A stretch of DNA of 59,567 nt, the filler included, from Sanchytrium tribonematis (lineage: Eukaryota), in NCBI GenBank assembly GCA_018985235.1. It is 7 parts of 7 records of this genome, joined end to end, with 100 filler letters (N's around TTAATTAATTAA, not from the genome) between each part and the next. Parts side by side here need not be neighbours in the genome. Positions count along the whole stretch, not along the records: positions 25,776 to 34,162 come from JADGIG010000378.1; positions 34,263 to 42,639 come from JADGIG010000379.1; 5 more parts are not named here. One strand, 5' to 3'. The translations under genes were made by a program, and so were the position numbers. Below, piece by piece: positions 31,836 to 41,308 of the stretch (position 1 is the stretch's first letter; every line of letters starts with the position of its first letter). Below the pieces are notes generated by a model. That model searched no databases. It had not been told where the DNA came from and worked only from the letters and a program-made list of their open reading frames with translations.

Positions 31836-32429
31836 ATGAAACCGGATACAGAAAATGATATTGAAAATTTGGCTATAGAAAACATCGACTTCGACTTTTA
31901 TGACATAACTAAGGCCGACAAAGAATCTATGAATATACTTTTTCAAACTTATTTGCCAAAAAATGAAGAGCTGGTGGAAGAGATTTTAAAATCTAAATTG
32001 GGCTCGTTGATAAAAGCTGACGAGGAAGTACTAAGTGCTATTGGCGCTATTGCTATGAGCTCGGTCCCTAATGATATATTGCCTGAAATTGAAGTTCCTG
32101 AAAATTCTTATTTCATTCCTTATGCTAGACTTGTCAACATGCCTTGGCAAACAACTGTACCATTATATAGACTACTACTTGAGGACAAATCGCTCTCAAA
32201 AATCAGTGACTTTGTTATTTGTTGCAAATGTGAAGAGTACAAGGTGCAAAAGAAGGCAAATAAGCGGGCTAAATTACAAACAGAATTTTTACACTGCGAA
32301 GATGAGATTTTATTTGAAGATATTAAAATTAGGTCTCTTAAATTGCACAAGAAGGAAGGGCGACTCTTTGGAATAATTTCTAAAACTGATCTACTTTCAA
32401 AAATAGAAAAAATAGAACAAATGCAATAA
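31836..32429 (+). CDS. BCP1: BCP1/BCCIP family protein
   Basis: NIDFDFYD...[21 protein letters not shown] and FLHCEDEIL. Confidence 0.82.
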   Translation: MKPDTENDIENLAIENIDFDFYDITKADKESMNILFQTYLPKNEELVEEILKSKLGSLIKADEEVLSAIGAIAMSSVPNDILPEIEVPENSYFIPYARLVNMPWQTTVPLYRLLLEDKSLSKISDFVICCKCEEYKVQKKANKRAKLQTEFLHCEDEILFEDIKIRSLKLHKKEGRLFGIISKTDLLSKIEKIEQMQ

Positions 32430-32525
32430 AATATTTTATGTTCTGTAGGAGTGTTTTTACTTTAAATGTAAAATCCTGAAATATTAATTTAAAGGCGTGA
32501 TTCGTTGCAAAACATCCCTTTTTAG

Positions 32526-33710
32526 ATGCTCAAATGCTATATTTGTTTGGACCCATTAAAGGGTGCTAGATTATGCACAAAATGCTCTAAAACTGTCTGT
32601 GCTGGATGTATTGAGCAATGGGATGGTCCTCATTGTCCTCATTGCAGACAAACTTCTGATTTTATAAAAGTTCCATGGTTAGATGAATTACAGGATCAAA
32701 TGAAAGACCTTTGCCATCACAACGCACCCTTAAACTACTACTGCGTTCAATGTAAAGCCTGCGTTTGTGCTGAATGTGTTCTTGGTGGACATAGGGGACA
32801 TTCGGTGGAAAATGTGGAGACTCAAATTGAAGGTGCAAGAACTAAATTAAACACTCAAAAGAAGAAGCTAATGAATCATCAAACCATGTACTCATCTGTT
32901 GCGGACGAATTGAAAAATATTGTTGGCTTTAAAGAGGAAATAAATTCCTTATTAAACGGGCCAAGCTCTAAGATGATTGATAATTATGAAGAATTAACAG
33001 ACAGGATGAAGAAGAATGTTGCTGGAATGAGAGAAGATGGAATCATCCCGACTGAGTCCTTTACTTTCACTTTTACTAGTGAAGATGGCGAGATTTTATA
33101 TTCGCCTAGATTTGTCTCCATAACTGGTCTTGAGTGGAGATTAAAGGTATACCCAACAGGAAATATCATTGCAAACAGAGAATTTGCATCCGTTTTTATG
33201 GAATTATTAAAAGATCCTTACAAACAATTTCCTATAAAATCCAGAACTATGTTAATTAAATTCACTTTGGGCACTTTTGAAAAATCATTTTCTAGTCTAT
33301 TCAAACTTAATGAAAGTTGGGGATATGACAAATTTATTAGTGTGGGTAATATGCCCAAAGGGCCTAGCACATTCCAAGTGGAATTGAGTTATAGAAATAT
33401 TGTGGAATATTGCAGAGATGCCACACTTAAACTCACTAATAAGATGCAAAATAGTCAAGAAGAGAACCCGCAGGGTATTATAGAAAGAGATTTTTCAGAT
33501 CTACACAACGCTAATTTTGATATTTTTGCTGGCTTTTCATCTGACAATAATTCTGAATCAATGGAAGACCCTGGTCCATATGACCAATGGCTCTCTGAGT
33601 TTGATGAACAGGCATTAGATGATCATATAGACCAATTAATGTCAAATATGCCAATCGTGGATTATATGTACAATTCGGATTCTTACAGTGATCAGTATTG
33701 TTTTGAATAA
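32526..33710 (+). CDS. TRIM37: RING/B-box/coiled-coil/MATH E3 ligase, TRIM37-like
   Basis: RING CYIC...LCTKCSK..C..CI..W...CPHCR, B-box CHH..L.YYC.QC..C.C..C....H.GH, MATH LYSPRF...GLEWRLKVYP.GN...SVFMEL...WGYDKF and an acidic tail. Confidence 0.8.
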   Translation: MLKCYICLDPLKGARLCTKCSKTVCAGCIEQWDGPHCPHCRQTSDFIKVPWLDELQDQMKDLCHHNAPLNYYCVQCKACVCAECVLGGHRGHSVENVETQIEGARTKLNTQKKKLMNHQTMYSSVADELKNIVGFKEEINSLLNGPSSKMIDNYEELTDRMKKNVAGMREDGIIPTESFTFTFTSEDGEILYSPRFVSITGLEWRLKVYPTGNIIANREFASVFMELLKDPYKQFPIKSRTMLIKFTLGTFEKSFSSLFKLNESWGYDKFISVGNMPKGPSTFQVELSYRNIVEYCRDATLKLTNKMQNSQEENPQGIIERDFSDLHNANFDIFAGFSSDNNSESMEDPGPYDQWLSEFDEQALDDHIDQLMSNMPIVDYMYNSDSYSDQYCFE

Positions 33711-33715
33711 ATTTA

Positions 33716-33841
33716 TTAGTATTCAATCTTTTTCAGCAGATCTGGCAATATCTCTTGATACTTTTGTATTTCTTCAATGCCTATACTTTCTAAATGGGTT
33801 GAAGAGGTTGATTTTTTTGGCGATTTTGGCTGGCTGTTCAT
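33716..33841 (-). CDS. Putative 41-aa microprotein
   Basis: ATG at 33841 to TAA at 33716: MNSQPKSPKKSTSSTHLESIGIEEIQKYQEILPDLLKKIEY. Fills the gap between the TRIM37-like and AUH-like stops. Confidence 0.35.
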   Translation of the reverse strand: MNSQPKSPKKSTSSTHLESIGIEEIQKYQEILPDLLKKIEY

Positions 33842-33883
33842 TCTACAGAACGATGTTTCAAAGAATGTGAAGTTGAAAAATAT

Positions 33884-34162
33884 TTATTCGCCTTTATAAA
33901 CTGGCTTTCTCTTTTCCAAAAATGCATCTAGGCCTTCTGTGCGGTCTTTTGTAGGTATTGTCTGTGCGTAGCATGCCTCTTCTATTTGCATTTGTTCTTC
34001 AATAGGAAGTCCATAACCATTTTGAATAGCAGTTTTTGCAGCCCGTAATGCAATCGGCCCTTTTGTGCATAGATTGTTGGCTAGATGTATGGCCTCTTCT
34101 TTTGCGTTTTCTGCCGAAAAATGACAAAGGCCTTTACTTAATGCCTCTTTCCCGCTTATTAT
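33884..34162 (-). CDS. AUH: Enoyl-CoA hydratase, methylglutaconyl-CoA hydratase-like, C-terminus (5' truncated; not in the ORF track)
   Basis: Hand translation: IISGKEALSKGL...KGPIALRAAKTAIQNG...IEEACYAQTIPTKDRTEGLDAFLEKRKPVYKGE*. Confidence 0.88.
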   Translation of the reverse strand: MISGKEALSKGLCHFSAENAKEEAIHLANNLCTKGPIALRAAKTAIQNGYGLPIEEQMQIEEACYAQTIPTKDRTEGLDAFLEKRKPVYKGE

Positions 34163-34262
34163 NNNNNNNNNNNNNNNNNNNNNNNNNNNNNNNNNNNNNN
34201 NNNNNNTTAATTAATTAANNNNNNNNNNNNNNNNNNNNNNNNNNNNNNNNNNNNNNNNNNNN
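34163..34262. other. Artificial contig spacer
   Basis: N44-TTAATTAATTAA-N44. Confidence 0.99.
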
Positions 34263-34745
34263 CCTTTGATTCTCAAAGCAGAAGAAAAAACTGTTCAACC
34301 GCAGATGATTTACTTGGATTCTACAAAATCTGACTATCGTACTTTAATGGATTCATTGGGGAATATATTGCGAATCCCTAAAAATACCCTAATTTTTGTT
34401 AATAAGAAAGGAACTATTCAACGTCTACTGGTGGAATTTTCAAAGTTTAACCCAAAAGTATTAAATGATTCAGAGAATGAGCATTCTATTTCTACAATCG
34501 ATGCACTTAAAATTTTAAGATATAATACAAACCCTGAGCCAATAACACTGATCTCGTCTAATTTCTTGGAAAGAGGTGTTGATTTTGTTTACCTACAGCG
34601 AATTATTTTATTTGATGCTCCAAGCAGCATGTCAAGTATGGTTCATAAAATTGGTCGCTTAAGATTTCCTTCCGAAAAGCAAGTTATTATCTGTGTGACA
34701 GAAAAGAATAAGGAAGTTTTAGAAAGTCTCAAGTTAATCAAATAA
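34263..34745 (+). CDS. Divergent DEAD-box helicase C-terminal domain (5' truncated)
   Basis: TLIFVN (motif IV), LISSNFLERGVDF (motif V) and HKIGRL (degenerate motif VI). Confidence 0.75.
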   Translation, partial: PLILKAEEKTVQPQMIYLDSTKSDYRTLMDSLGNILRIPKNTLIFVNKKGTIQRLLVEFSKFNPKVLNDSENEHSISTIDALKILRYNTNPEPITLISSNFLERGVDFVYLQRIILFDAPSSMSSMVHKIGRLRFPSEKQVIICVTEKNKEVLESLKLIK

Positions 34746-34764
34746 AATTTAAATTTTTGAAACT

Positions 34765-36555
34765 ATGAAAAGATTTAAGATCTTAGGTTTATTGGGGCTT
34801 GTTTTTTTCTTGCTCAATTATGACGTCCTGCAAAACAATACTATTATCAACACAACCGTTAAAAAATCGCTAAAATTTCACCATTTTAATCTAACTAATT
34901 TTTCATTTATTCATTCATCAGATTGGCACTATTCCATTCATAAAAAGAATTCGAATATTTACAAAATGCTGAATAATTATATACCCATAAAATTTCACTT
35001 CGTCACGGGAGACTTGGTAGATTCAAAAAGCAAAGATGGAATTCAATCTCACCAATATGAGTTTGAAGAAAATCAAGTGAAGCAAATTGTATATTCTTAC
35101 AAGGAAAAATATCAACAAATGTATTCTGATTTCAAGGGATTTTACTCTGTCTTGGGTAATCACGATATTTATGATACCCTTGAGAGGCAAAAAGAAAGAT
35201 TACATCATGTTATAAATACGCAATACGTCAAAATAATTATGTTGGATACTGGGCCGTTTGGAATGGGGCGGCCTCTTAACTTCTTTGGATTTATAGATTC
35301 ATTGGTAATAGAAATCATAGAAATGTCACTTGGTGAAAAGCCGTTGATCATTATGGCTCACTATCCGTTAAGCACCACATTTTATTCCAAGAAGTTGCTA
35401 GATTTACTCAGAAATTACAAGTACCCGGTGTATTATTTATGTGGTCATTTACACTATTTGAAAAAGCCTTTTGGATATCATCTCAAAACTTTATACAATG
35501 GCTTGATTGAATTAGAAGTTGGTGATACAAAAGATCATCATGCTTCTCGTTTATTTCATATATCAAAAAGAGGAATTTCGTGGACAGATCTTAATAATGA
35601 AAACTATACTAATGCTATAATCACTTGGCCTTTGGACCATAAGTATTTGATAAATGTCAATACAACTTGGGACCATTGTGTAGAAATTAATAATTATGGA
35701 GCCAAAAAATTGGAATTATTCGGAGATGATCAAAGCCTTTTCGTGATCGAAAACGCAGTAAATCAGCAGTACAGTCGATGTTTGGAAAAGACATCATACA
35801 GATCTCTAAAATTGGTTTCTACAGGGATTGGTCAACATGTACATCAAATTTACCTTCAACAGATCCCATTTACGGAGCTTCCAACTATTGAAAGAGTGAT
35901 GTACTGGCTGTATAGCTTGAATTATGCTGATGCATTTATTAACATGTTTTATTTATTTTATTTTATTCAAATTTTGTTTCTGCTGAGTTTATTTTTTGGA
36001 AAAGGAAAGTATGATACAAATTGGTTTACCATTTCTGCTTTAAAATATACTTATAGCAAAGTTTGGATTGTGTTTAATGTCACTTCTATTTCATTTTTGT
36101 TCATGCCCATTTTCTACGGATCGTTTGCAAAAGACAACAACAGGTGTTCAGTTATAGAGTCTCCTTTTTATCCATTTGGTACGCGCTACAATAATCAAGA
36201 CGTATTCCAGTTTGATTTTTTAATTTGGATTACATTGTTTTTATATTACGAAAACTTTATACTGCTAATGGGATATCATGTGCATATTTTTAGGCATAAA
36301 ATTAAAAACACTTGGATTCCTGTGATTATTCCATCGTTAATATTTTACATCAAATTTAGATTGCTATGGAATATGTTTGTATGGTATGTTTATGAGGATA
36401 GAGATTGCTTTAATACTGACTGGCTTTTTTTTGCATGGAACTCATTTGGGTTTTTGCAATTACTTGTCATGCCTGTGAGCTGGGTTTTTTTGAGATATGT
36501 CCACTTATTGATTACCAACAAGTTATCTCTTGGGTTTAGACCAAAAGATTTGTAA
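34765..36555 (+). CDS. TMEM62: TMEM62-like membrane metallophosphoesterase
   Basis: SDWH, TGDLVDSK, GNHD, RPLNFFG, HYP, YLCGHLH, ELEVGD and ITWP, plus C-terminal TM helices. Confidence 0.82.
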   Translation: MKRFKILGLLGLVFFLLNYDVLQNNTIINTTVKKSLKFHHFNLTNFSFIHSSDWHYSIHKKNSNIYKMLNNYIPIKFHFVTGDLVDSKSKDGIQSHQYEFEENQVKQIVYSYKEKYQQMYSDFKGFYSVLGNHDIYDTLERQKERLHHVINTQYVKIIMLDTGPFGMGRPLNFFGFIDSLVIEIIEMSLGEKPLIIMAHYPLSTTFYSKKLLDLLRNYKYPVYYLCGHLHYLKKPFGYHLKTLYNGLIELEVGDTKDHHASRLFHISKRGISWTDLNNENYTNAIITWPLDHKYLINVNTTWDHCVEINNYGAKKLELFGDDQSLFVIENAVNQQYSRCLEKTSYRSLKLVSTGIGQHVHQIYLQQIPFTELPTIERVMYWLYSLNYADAFINMFYLFYFIQILFLLSLFFGKGKYDTNWFTISALKYTYSKVWIVFNVTSISFLFMPIFYGSFAKDNNRCSVIESPFYPFGTRYNNQDVFQFDFLIWITLFLYYENFILLMGYHVHIFRHKIKNTWIPVIIPSLIFYIKFRLLWNMFVWYVYEDRDCFNTDWLFFAWNSFGFLQLLVMPVSWVFLRYVHLLITNKLSLGFRPKDL

Positions 36556-36641
36556 AATTTTCCACATTTAATAAAATTTGAAATTTGACATTTGAAACAA
36601 TCTGTGTGCAAAAGTTGACGAAAAGTGAAACTCGTGAATTC

Positions 36642-37721
36642 ATGGAAAAGCAGGATGATTTAGAGATATTTAGAAATGAATGGAGATCAGAAATTGATAG
36701 TAGGAAGCAAGATACAACTCACAGTTCAGATAAAAACACAACTGTAGATCAATCTTTAAGAGCTAATTTGGGACATATTCAATCTTTCGCGGAACATGAG
36801 AGAGATGAACTCACAGAGATAATGATGAATATAACTAGTCTCTCTCTTGAAGAAAGACAAACAAAATCAATGGAGATTTATGAAAAAGGACTTCAATTGG
36901 AGGCAGAAGAACGACTTCAAGATTGTATTCAATACTACCGAGTGGCGCACAAGTTAGATGCAGAAGTGGATTTTCGATATAATGCGAAATACAGGTATGA
37001 CTCTGAGCAGAAGAGAGTTAAAGTTGATACTGTAAAAGACGATCAGATAAGCAGTAACATTATCAAGGTTTCAATGCCTGCATATATTTTCAAACTTCCT
37101 AACGAATTGTTGCTGAAAATTATGAGATTATTCGTTCCTTTCGAATTAAATGAGCTTTATCACTTGAGTCTCTCTTGCAAAATTTTTGCTGTCCTCTTTG
37201 ACCACCCATCTATATGGACCCGGGCATGCAAATCCATAGGCTTGGATGTGTATAATGATATTAACAATAAGATTTTATTTCAAACGAAGCCTCACATTCG
37301 TTGTGACGGAATTTACATTTCAATATGTAGATATATTTGAACAGGTATTGCCGTTGAATCACTTAATATCCCAGTATATTTGACAGAGTATTATAGATAT
37401 ATTCGTTTCTACCCAGATGGATCTTGTTTAGTCAAATTGAGCAATGAACATCCGTCAAAATTGGTACCAGTTCTTTCTCAAAACCACCTTTCAAAAAATG
37501 GAACCTGGTACCTTTCAGATCATTTGAACATTTCTGTTCATGACAGTGAGTTGTTCGAATTGATTTTTAATCTAAAACGGGTTAACAAAAGATTTAACAG
37601 ACTGGACTGGATTTCTTACAACTGTGTCAGTACAGAAAATGTATTTGAAATACCTTTAAAAAACGAAAGATCATTCAGGTTTTCCAAGGTTAAAACTATT
37701 GCCAAGCAACTAGGATATTAA
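36642..37721 (+). CDS. FBXO9: F-box protein FBXO9/Hrt3, a single reading frame interrupted by TGA at 37338-37340
   Basis: LEIFRNEWRSE, a TPR (YRVAHKLD), F-box LPNELL, then KPHIRCDGIYISICRYI[TGA]TG...TEYYRYIRFYPDG and FRFSKVK. The track ORFs 36585-37340 and 37380-37721 are in the same frame. Confidence 0.85.
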
Positions 37722-37767
37722 AATCTGTCGCGAGTTTTCGGTGAATACCCCGACATCAATAAATTGA

Positions 37768-39738
37768 ATGAATTTATTTTTCAAACGGCAAATGAACAAG
37801 CAGGATGTTGTCAACTCGTTTTTCACCAAAAGACCTGCGGTTACATCTCCAGTTGCCTTGAAAAAGCAGAAAATTCAAGTCGAGATACAATCAGAGACTA
37901 TAGTCGAGGTAAGAGATGAAGAAAAGGAAAATGGGAATTCGCAGCTATTCAGCTGTCTTGCTAAAGTCCTTGAAAAAGTAGAAAATACGACAAAGCGATT
38001 GGAAATACAAGACATATTCAGTAGACATCTTTCTAAAATATTTTCTGAGAGCCCAAAAGATGTTCTTCCAACTGTATATTTATCTAGTGCAAGAATCGCT
38101 CCCGACTACAAAGGAATTGAACTGGGGATCGGAGATGGTTTATTGAGCAAAGCTATAGCTCAAGCATTTGGCAAACAAATATCGAGCATAAAAAGAGAAA
38201 TGGAAACAATTGGTGATTTGGCAAAAGTTGCAGAATCTAGCAGGCAAAACCAAAAAACCATGTTTAAGCCAAAACCCTTGACAATTCAAAGACTTTTTGA
38301 GGTTCTCAAAGAAATTGCTGTTTCAGAGGGTAAATCAAGCCAGCAAAGAAAAGTTGATAAGATTTGCGGGCTTTTAGGTTCTGCAGAAAACATTGAATGT
38401 CGCTACTTAATCAGGATACTCTCTGGTAAAATGAGAATCGGGTTATCAGAGCAGACTATGCTTCACTGTGTATCCCGGGCAGCAGCAGAATTTTGGAATT
38501 TTAAGGATTTAAAAGAAGCTGAAAACATACTCAAGGCTGTATATTGTGAAGTACCATCATTTGATGCAATTATTCCCGAACTTCTTAAATCCTCCATAGA
38601 ATGTTTACCAGCCAATTGCAAGCTGCTTCCAGGGATCCCAGTCAAACCTATGCTAGCTCAGGCCAGCAAATCTATCGACGATGTCTTGAAACGCTTCGAA
38701 AATAAAGTATTCACTTGTGAATTCAAATACGATGGCGAAAGGGCGCAACTGCACAAGGCTGAAAATGGAATATCATATGTGTATAGTAGAAACTCTGAAA
38801 ATTTGAGTGAAAAATACCCTGATTTATTACAACTAATAAGCCAAGTCTCGAATTCAACCTCTTATATTTTGGACTGTGAAGCTGTAGCATATGATCCTAT
38901 CAAAAAGACTATTTTACCTTTTCAAGAATTGCAGAAACGAAAGAGAAAAGGCGTCACCACTGGAAATATAACAATTCCAGTCATTGTCTATCCTTTCGAC
39001 CTTTTATATTTAAATGGGCAATCTTTGCTTCAACAGTCATTTGCAGAACGTCGTGAATTATTGAAAAAAAATTTCAAAGTTATCCCTGAAAAATTCGAAT
39101 TTGCTTCTTATCAGAATTGCAACGATGTTGAACAAATCACTGAATACCTGGACGCATCTATAGATGCCAAATGCGAAGGTTTGATGCTCAAGACATTAGA
39201 GGGGAAAGAGTCGAGCTATGAACCAAGTAAACGGTCCTTAAATTGGTTTAAATTGAAAAAGGATTATCTAGACTCAACTGGTGGCGACACTTTGGATCTG
39301 GTCGTTATTGGAGCCTACTATGGAAAAGGAAAGCGAACTGGAGCATTTGGCGGATATCTATTAGCAACTTGGGACGCTGAAGCTGAGGAATTCCAGTCTG
39401 TTTGTAAACTTGGAACAGGATTCAAAGATAACATGCTGGAGAAGTTGACCCAGGAATTCAAACCTCTTGTTATAAGTGGCCCCAAACCATTTTACAATTG
39501 TGAATTGAAACCAGATGTCTGGTTAGAAGCAGTCAAAGTTTTTGAAATACAAGCCGCCGACTTCACCCTGTCGCCAGTTCATTCAGCAGCAGCTCGGCTT
39601 ATGGAACAAAATAAGGGTATCTCCCTGCGCTTTCCTAGATTCATCCGAGAAAGAGATGACAAAACACCTGAAAATTGTACTTCACCGCACCAGTTGGTAG
39701 ATTTGTATGAATCTCAGGCTGCAATGAAAAAGGAATAA
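37768..39738 (+). CDS. LIG1: DNA ligase I (ATP-dependent)
   Basis: PIP-like QDVVNSFF, KRLEI, ELGIG, PMLA, EFKYDGERAQ, EGLMLK, KLKKDY and SLRFPRF.R.R.DK. Confidence 0.97.
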   Translation: MNLFFKRQMNKQDVVNSFFTKRPAVTSPVALKKQKIQVEIQSETIVEVRDEEKENGNSQLFSCLAKVLEKVENTTKRLEIQDIFSRHLSKIFSESPKDVLPTVYLSSARIAPDYKGIELGIGDGLLSKAIAQAFGKQISSIKREMETIGDLAKVAESSRQNQKTMFKPKPLTIQRLFEVLKEIAVSEGKSSQQRKVDKICGLLGSAENIECRYLIRILSGKMRIGLSEQTMLHCVSRAAAEFWNFKDLKEAENILKAVYCEVPSFDAIIPELLKSSIECLPANCKLLPGIPVKPMLAQASKSIDDVLKRFENKVFTCEFKYDGERAQLHKAENGISYVYSRNSENLSEKYPDLLQLISQVSNSTSYILDCEAVAYDPIKKTILPFQELQKRKRKGVTTGNITIPVIVYPFDLLYLNGQSLLQQSFAERRELLKKNFKVIPEKFEFASYQNCNDVEQITEYLDASIDAKCEGLMLKTLEGKESSYEPSKRSLNWFKLKKDYLDSTGGDTLDLVVIGAYYGKGKRTGAFGGYLLATWDAEAEEFQSVCKLGTGFKDNMLEKLTQEFKPLVISGPKPFYNCELKPDVWLEAVKVFEIQAADFTLSPVHSAAARLMEQNKGISLRFPRFIRERDDKTPENCTSPHQLVDLYESQAAMKKE

Positions 39739-39847
39739 ATTGTCTTGGCTATGTCTTTCATCCAATCATAAGAATTTAATTTTCTGTCGGACCCAATCAC
39801 AAACCTTTAAAATCAATTCAAGAAAGATTGCTGCCCGAGTTCCCAAA

Positions 39848-40771
39848 ATGCTATGGTTCGCTACGGTAAATGCATGTTTTTCATTAAAGACAACAAAGAA
39901 TTGCCCCGAGTTCGACCTGAGTGCATCCCCTATAAATGAGAATGGCGTTCTCCTTTTCTCCGATCAGGTCTCATTTGATGAATTCATGGAAAAAAAGTTG
40001 TCAGATGAGGGTGTCTTGACAGAATTTAATTGCGATACAACAAAGTCTACTTTCAAAAATGCTAGTAATTCTCTGCCAGAGAGGCGATTATATTACTGTG
40101 CGTATTATGCGGCTGCAAGTGTTCAGTGCGATAACGACAACAAAAATAAGAATATTTTATGCCAGAGCACTTGTCAGGATTATGCGAATAATGTGCAAAA
40201 CAACGTCTTTCCTGGTGACGGCTGCGTGGAAACAAAAATTGGAATTAGACAATCTAGTCTTGATATCGTCCGGAACTCGTGTTCCAAAGCCTCTTTCCCT
40301 CAATATAGATATCTTGGTGGAACTGGATCATGCGTAGCTCTTGTTAAAGACAAGAGTTCTTCCACTTCAGTCCCTGGTTCTGGTGAAGATGATCTAGGAA
40401 CTACTTTCATACCTATTGGTGTTTGGATTGCTCTAGGATTGGGAATACCCATTATTCTGATTCTTTGTTTGTTCGCTGCAAAAAAGCTAAGAAAGAAAAC
40501 ATCTCCCGACATTTGCAAGGACGAGATAGCGTTTCCCGCTATTGACCAAACTCACATAGTGGAACCAGAACCGAAAATATCATTAGAAGGTAAAAACGTT
40601 CTTGTCGTCCATCCATATAATGCTACTTTAGATGATGAACTTACTCTTAATGTTGGTGATATGATCGCAATCACCAAAGAATATCAAGATGGGTGGGCTC
40701 TAGGTTATAATCACAGTAGTAAGATGGAAGGAGTATTTCCTGCGGCCTGCGTTGGTTCTCCACATCACTAA
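39848..40771 (+). CDS. Single-pass membrane protein with a Cys-rich ectodomain and cytoplasmic SH3 domain
   Basis: MLWFATVNA leader, Cys-rich region, TM GVWIALGLGIPIILILCLFAA and SH3 VVHPYNATLDDELTLNVGD...DGWA.G...GVFP. Confidence 0.85.
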   Translation: MLWFATVNACFSLKTTKNCPEFDLSASPINENGVLLFSDQVSFDEFMEKKLSDEGVLTEFNCDTTKSTFKNASNSLPERRLYYCAYYAAASVQCDNDNKNKNILCQSTCQDYANNVQNNVFPGDGCVETKIGIRQSSLDIVRNSCSKASFPQYRYLGGTGSCVALVKDKSSSTSVPGSGEDDLGTTFIPIGVWIALGLGIPIILILCLFAAKKLRKKTSPDICKDEIAFPAIDQTHIVEPEPKISLEGKNVLVVHPYNATLDDELTLNVGDMIAITKEYQDGWALGYNHSSKMEGVFPAACVGSPHH

Positions 40772-40784
40772 TTAATAAATTTGT

Positions 40785-41120
40785 TTATTCGATAAAAACT
40801 GATTTATATTGCGGGTCAGACTGAATTGAATTCAAATCTATCACCTCTTCTTCAAACAGGTTCATCACAACTTCAATCAAATCTTGTTGTCTGTACCCAA
40901 GACAGTGGTAGTAAGTTATCGGGAAACTAAGACAGGCTCTCATTAAAGCATTTTGTATCTGGATTTTTTGCTTCAAAGTCAGCTCACGATTTTCCGATTT
41001 GGCAATTGATTTCTTTACGAAAAAAATAATTTGGTTAACATTATCACTTTCCATAAGCTCCATTTTACAGCGAACGGATCTACTATCTAATTTAAACCCG
41101 AAGATAAATGCTACGAGCAA
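40785..41120 (-). CDS. Small hypothetical protein with unresolved start
   Basis: 111-codon frame with a hydrophobic N-terminus (LLVAFIFG) but no in-frame ATG upstream of it. Confidence 0.5.
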   Translation of the reverse strand: MLVAFIFGFKLDSRSVRCKMELMESDNVNQIIFFVKKSIAKSENRELTLKQKIQIQNALMRACLSFPITYYHCLGYRQQDLIEVVMNLFEEEVIDLNSIQSDPQYKSVFIE

Positions 41121-41308
41121 AACAGAGACTTTTCTCCAATCAATTTCAATTTTTTATATTACAATTGTCTTGGCCACATCAGGTTATATTTCTACACTGT
41201 GTCCAATTTAAATGCCAAACATACTGTCTTATTAGTAAGAGGTTTGCAAATTTTTGGTAGAAAGTCATTTAAATTTAGTTGCAAGTGTTAAATACTTGAA
41301 GTTTATTA

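Larger units (their letters stand above)
25776..34162. other. Contig 4: near-gapless housekeeping gene block
   Basis: Intergenic gaps of roughly 17-170 bp between PIGO, DBP4, CBF5, BCP1, TRIM37-like and AUH-like genes. Confidence 0.85.
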
